From: Octopus sinensis
Lineage: Eukaryota
Direction: 5' to 3'
Assembly: GCF_006345805.1 (NCBI RefSeq)
Contig: NC_043020.1
Span: 28,582,001 to 28,646,000 of the forward strand
DNA: 64,000 bases
A program made the position numbers and the translations under genes. Positions 62,355 through 64,000 of this stretch are shown here, one piece after another; position 1 is the stretch's first letter; each line of letters opens with the position of its first letter. Under the pieces are notes generated by a model that saw nothing but the letters and a program-made list of their open reading frames with translations, was not told where the DNA came from and did no database searches.

Positions 62355-62441
62355 TCTTATCCGTCCGGATAACTTAAGAGAAATGGTCAATATGGTTACT
62401 GAAGAACCATCTGAAGATATTGAAGAGAAACAGCGTTATAG
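62355..62441 (+). CDS. PPP6R3: PPP6R coding exon 3: (F)LIRPDNLREMVNMVTEEPSEDIEEKQRY(R)
   Basis: Acceptor ttatttcag|T, donor AG|GTAAAT (phase 2 to 2). Conserved EEP..D..EK.RY motif, in frame with exons 2 and 4. Confidence 0.95.
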
Positions 62442-62637
62442 GTAAATTCCGCTTTTCGTTATGATGTGAATTTGTACGCCACAGTTGCAGGTATTTCAGA
62501 TGAATTTGGACAGAGCGCTTAATTTTATATGCTTAATTAATTCTCATTATCAGTCTATCAACAAATGCCCCAAACTTCTAATCAACTATTTAATCAGTAA
62601 TTGATTCTAATTAATGCTTTGTTTCTTTGTCCAAAAG

Positions 62638-62824
62638 GTACCCAAATACATGCTGTGAAGTATTGACATGTGATGTAACTCAGATCAATGACTGCCTAAC
62701 CGGAGATAGTGTTTATATAAACAAATTATATGGGTTCTTGGAGATGAAGGGCCCTCTTAATCCCTTATTGGCTAGCTTTGTCAGTAAAGTGATAGGTCTT
62801 CTTACAGTGAAAAAAAGTGAGATG
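62638..62824 (+). CDS. PPP6R3: PPP6R coding exon 4: YPNTCCEVLTCDVTQINDCLTGDSVYINKLYGFLEMKGPLNPLLASFVSKVIGLLTVKKSEM; gene continues past the window
   Basis: Acceptor ctttgtccaaaag|G, donor ATG|GTGAGT. Contains the SAPS hallmarks YPN..CE.LT.DV and PLNPLLASF.SK. Confidence 0.96.
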
Positions 62825-62964
62825 GTGAGTATTGTTGCATTTGAAGATCTCCATTCATGTTTGCTTTGCATAAATACACTTAACATATTATTGTAGTTGG
62901 TTAATGGATGAGATGTTGTGAAGTAGAGCCTTATTAGGTTGGTACAACATTTGCAAATTCCATG

Positions 62965-63158
62965 TACTCTTTTACTTGTTTCAGTCATTTGACTGTGGCC
63001 ATGCTGGAGCACTGCCTTTAGTCGAGCAAATCGACCCCGGGACTTATTCTTTGTAAGCCCAGTACTTATTCTATCGGTCTCTTTTGCCAAACTGCTAAGT
63101 GACGGGGACGTAAACACACCAGCATCGGTTGTCAAGCAATGCTAGGGAACAAACACAG

Positions 63159-63246
<88 letters not shown>

Positions 63247-63418
63247 TATACATATATACGACAGGCTTCTTTCAGTTTCTGTCTACCAAATCCACTCACA
63301 AGGCATTGGTCGGCCCGGGGCTATAGCAGAAGACACTTGCCCAAGGTGCCACACAGTGGGACTGAACCCGGAACCATGTGGTTGGTTAGCAAGCTACTTA
63401 CCACACAGACACTCCTGC
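62965..63418 (-). mobile_element. Full-length young SINE family B in the intron after coding exon 4
   Basis: Near-identical to 8993-9398; expanded (TA)n. Confidence 0.9.
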
Positions 63419-63765
63419 TCTGTATATCATCATCATTTTAATGTCCACTTTCCTATGCTTGCATGGATTGAACAGAGTTTATTGAGGCAGATTTTTTTTA
63501 TGGCTGATGCTCTTTCTGTCACCAACCCTCGCCTGTTTCTAATCTTCCATGAAAACATGTTTTGACCATGGGGTAAATATTACTTTACCTGGAAACAGAT
63601 GTGGGTTGCCAACAGGAAGAGCATTCGACTCTAGAAAATTCACCTCAACAAATTCCATCCAACCCTTGTGAGCAGAGAAAGTGGATGCTGAAATGATGGT
63701 GGATTAGTTACTCAGATGCCTTTAAACACTTCACCACTACCAACACGTATTGAGTTGTTCTAATG

Positions 63766-63963
63766 CAGTGCTTTTCAACCATTTTGCTGGAGCGGAACCC
63801 TAAGGAAACATTCCACTGGCTCGAGGAACCCCTGTGCAATAATTTAATAGTCTTATGCACACATATCTGCACATGAGAATTAAAAATTACTGCCAATTTT
63901 AGCAGTTTTGTAACTTCTTGCAGAACCCCTGGACTGTACTGGCGGAACCCTGGTTGAAAACCA
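63766..63963 (+). mobile_element. hAT-type MITE
   Basis: TIRs CAGTGCTTTTCAACC / GGTTGAAAACCA; second copy at 42428-42607. Confidence 0.82.
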
Positions 63964-64000
63964 TAAACCACAACACATGAAAACAACCTGTATAGACTTT

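Overview
AT-rich, repeat-dense eukaryotic genomic DNA, most likely from an octopus (inferred from the SINE families and microsatellite load). The only gene I can name is a + strand SAPS-domain protein phosphatase 6 regulatory subunit (PPP6R1/2/3 family). Its first four coding exons (55176-55232, 60060-60139, 62355-62441, 62638-62824) splice in frame through GT-AG introns, and the gene runs off the right end. A probable second gene starts on the - strand near 14950, but I could not identify its downstream exons. Between the two lie a promoter-like block (~17040-17400) and a diverged duplicate of it (~20230-20770). The rest is largely mobile DNA: at least three tRNA-derived SINE families, 3' ends and fossils of RTE, CR1 and L2-group LINEs, Penelope-like remnants, Helitrons, and piggyBac, hAT and Tc1/mariner MITEs. 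The most interesting signals are: (1) Penelope-type minimal hammerhead ribozyme motifs on the - strand, one with an intact core and a 95-nt stem II insertion (53196-53340); (2) two non-L1 LINE insertions with twin-priming-like 5' inversions; (3) the duplicated, possibly bidirectional promoter with decayed splice donors; (4) a candidate uORF-bearing 5'UTR exon of PPP6R; (5) inverted SINE pairs flanking PPP6R exons. There is no CRISPR array, rRNA or intact tRNA gene. Almost all listed ORFs are repeat or microsatellite artefacts. All alignments and family assignments were made by eye and from memory; no searches were run.
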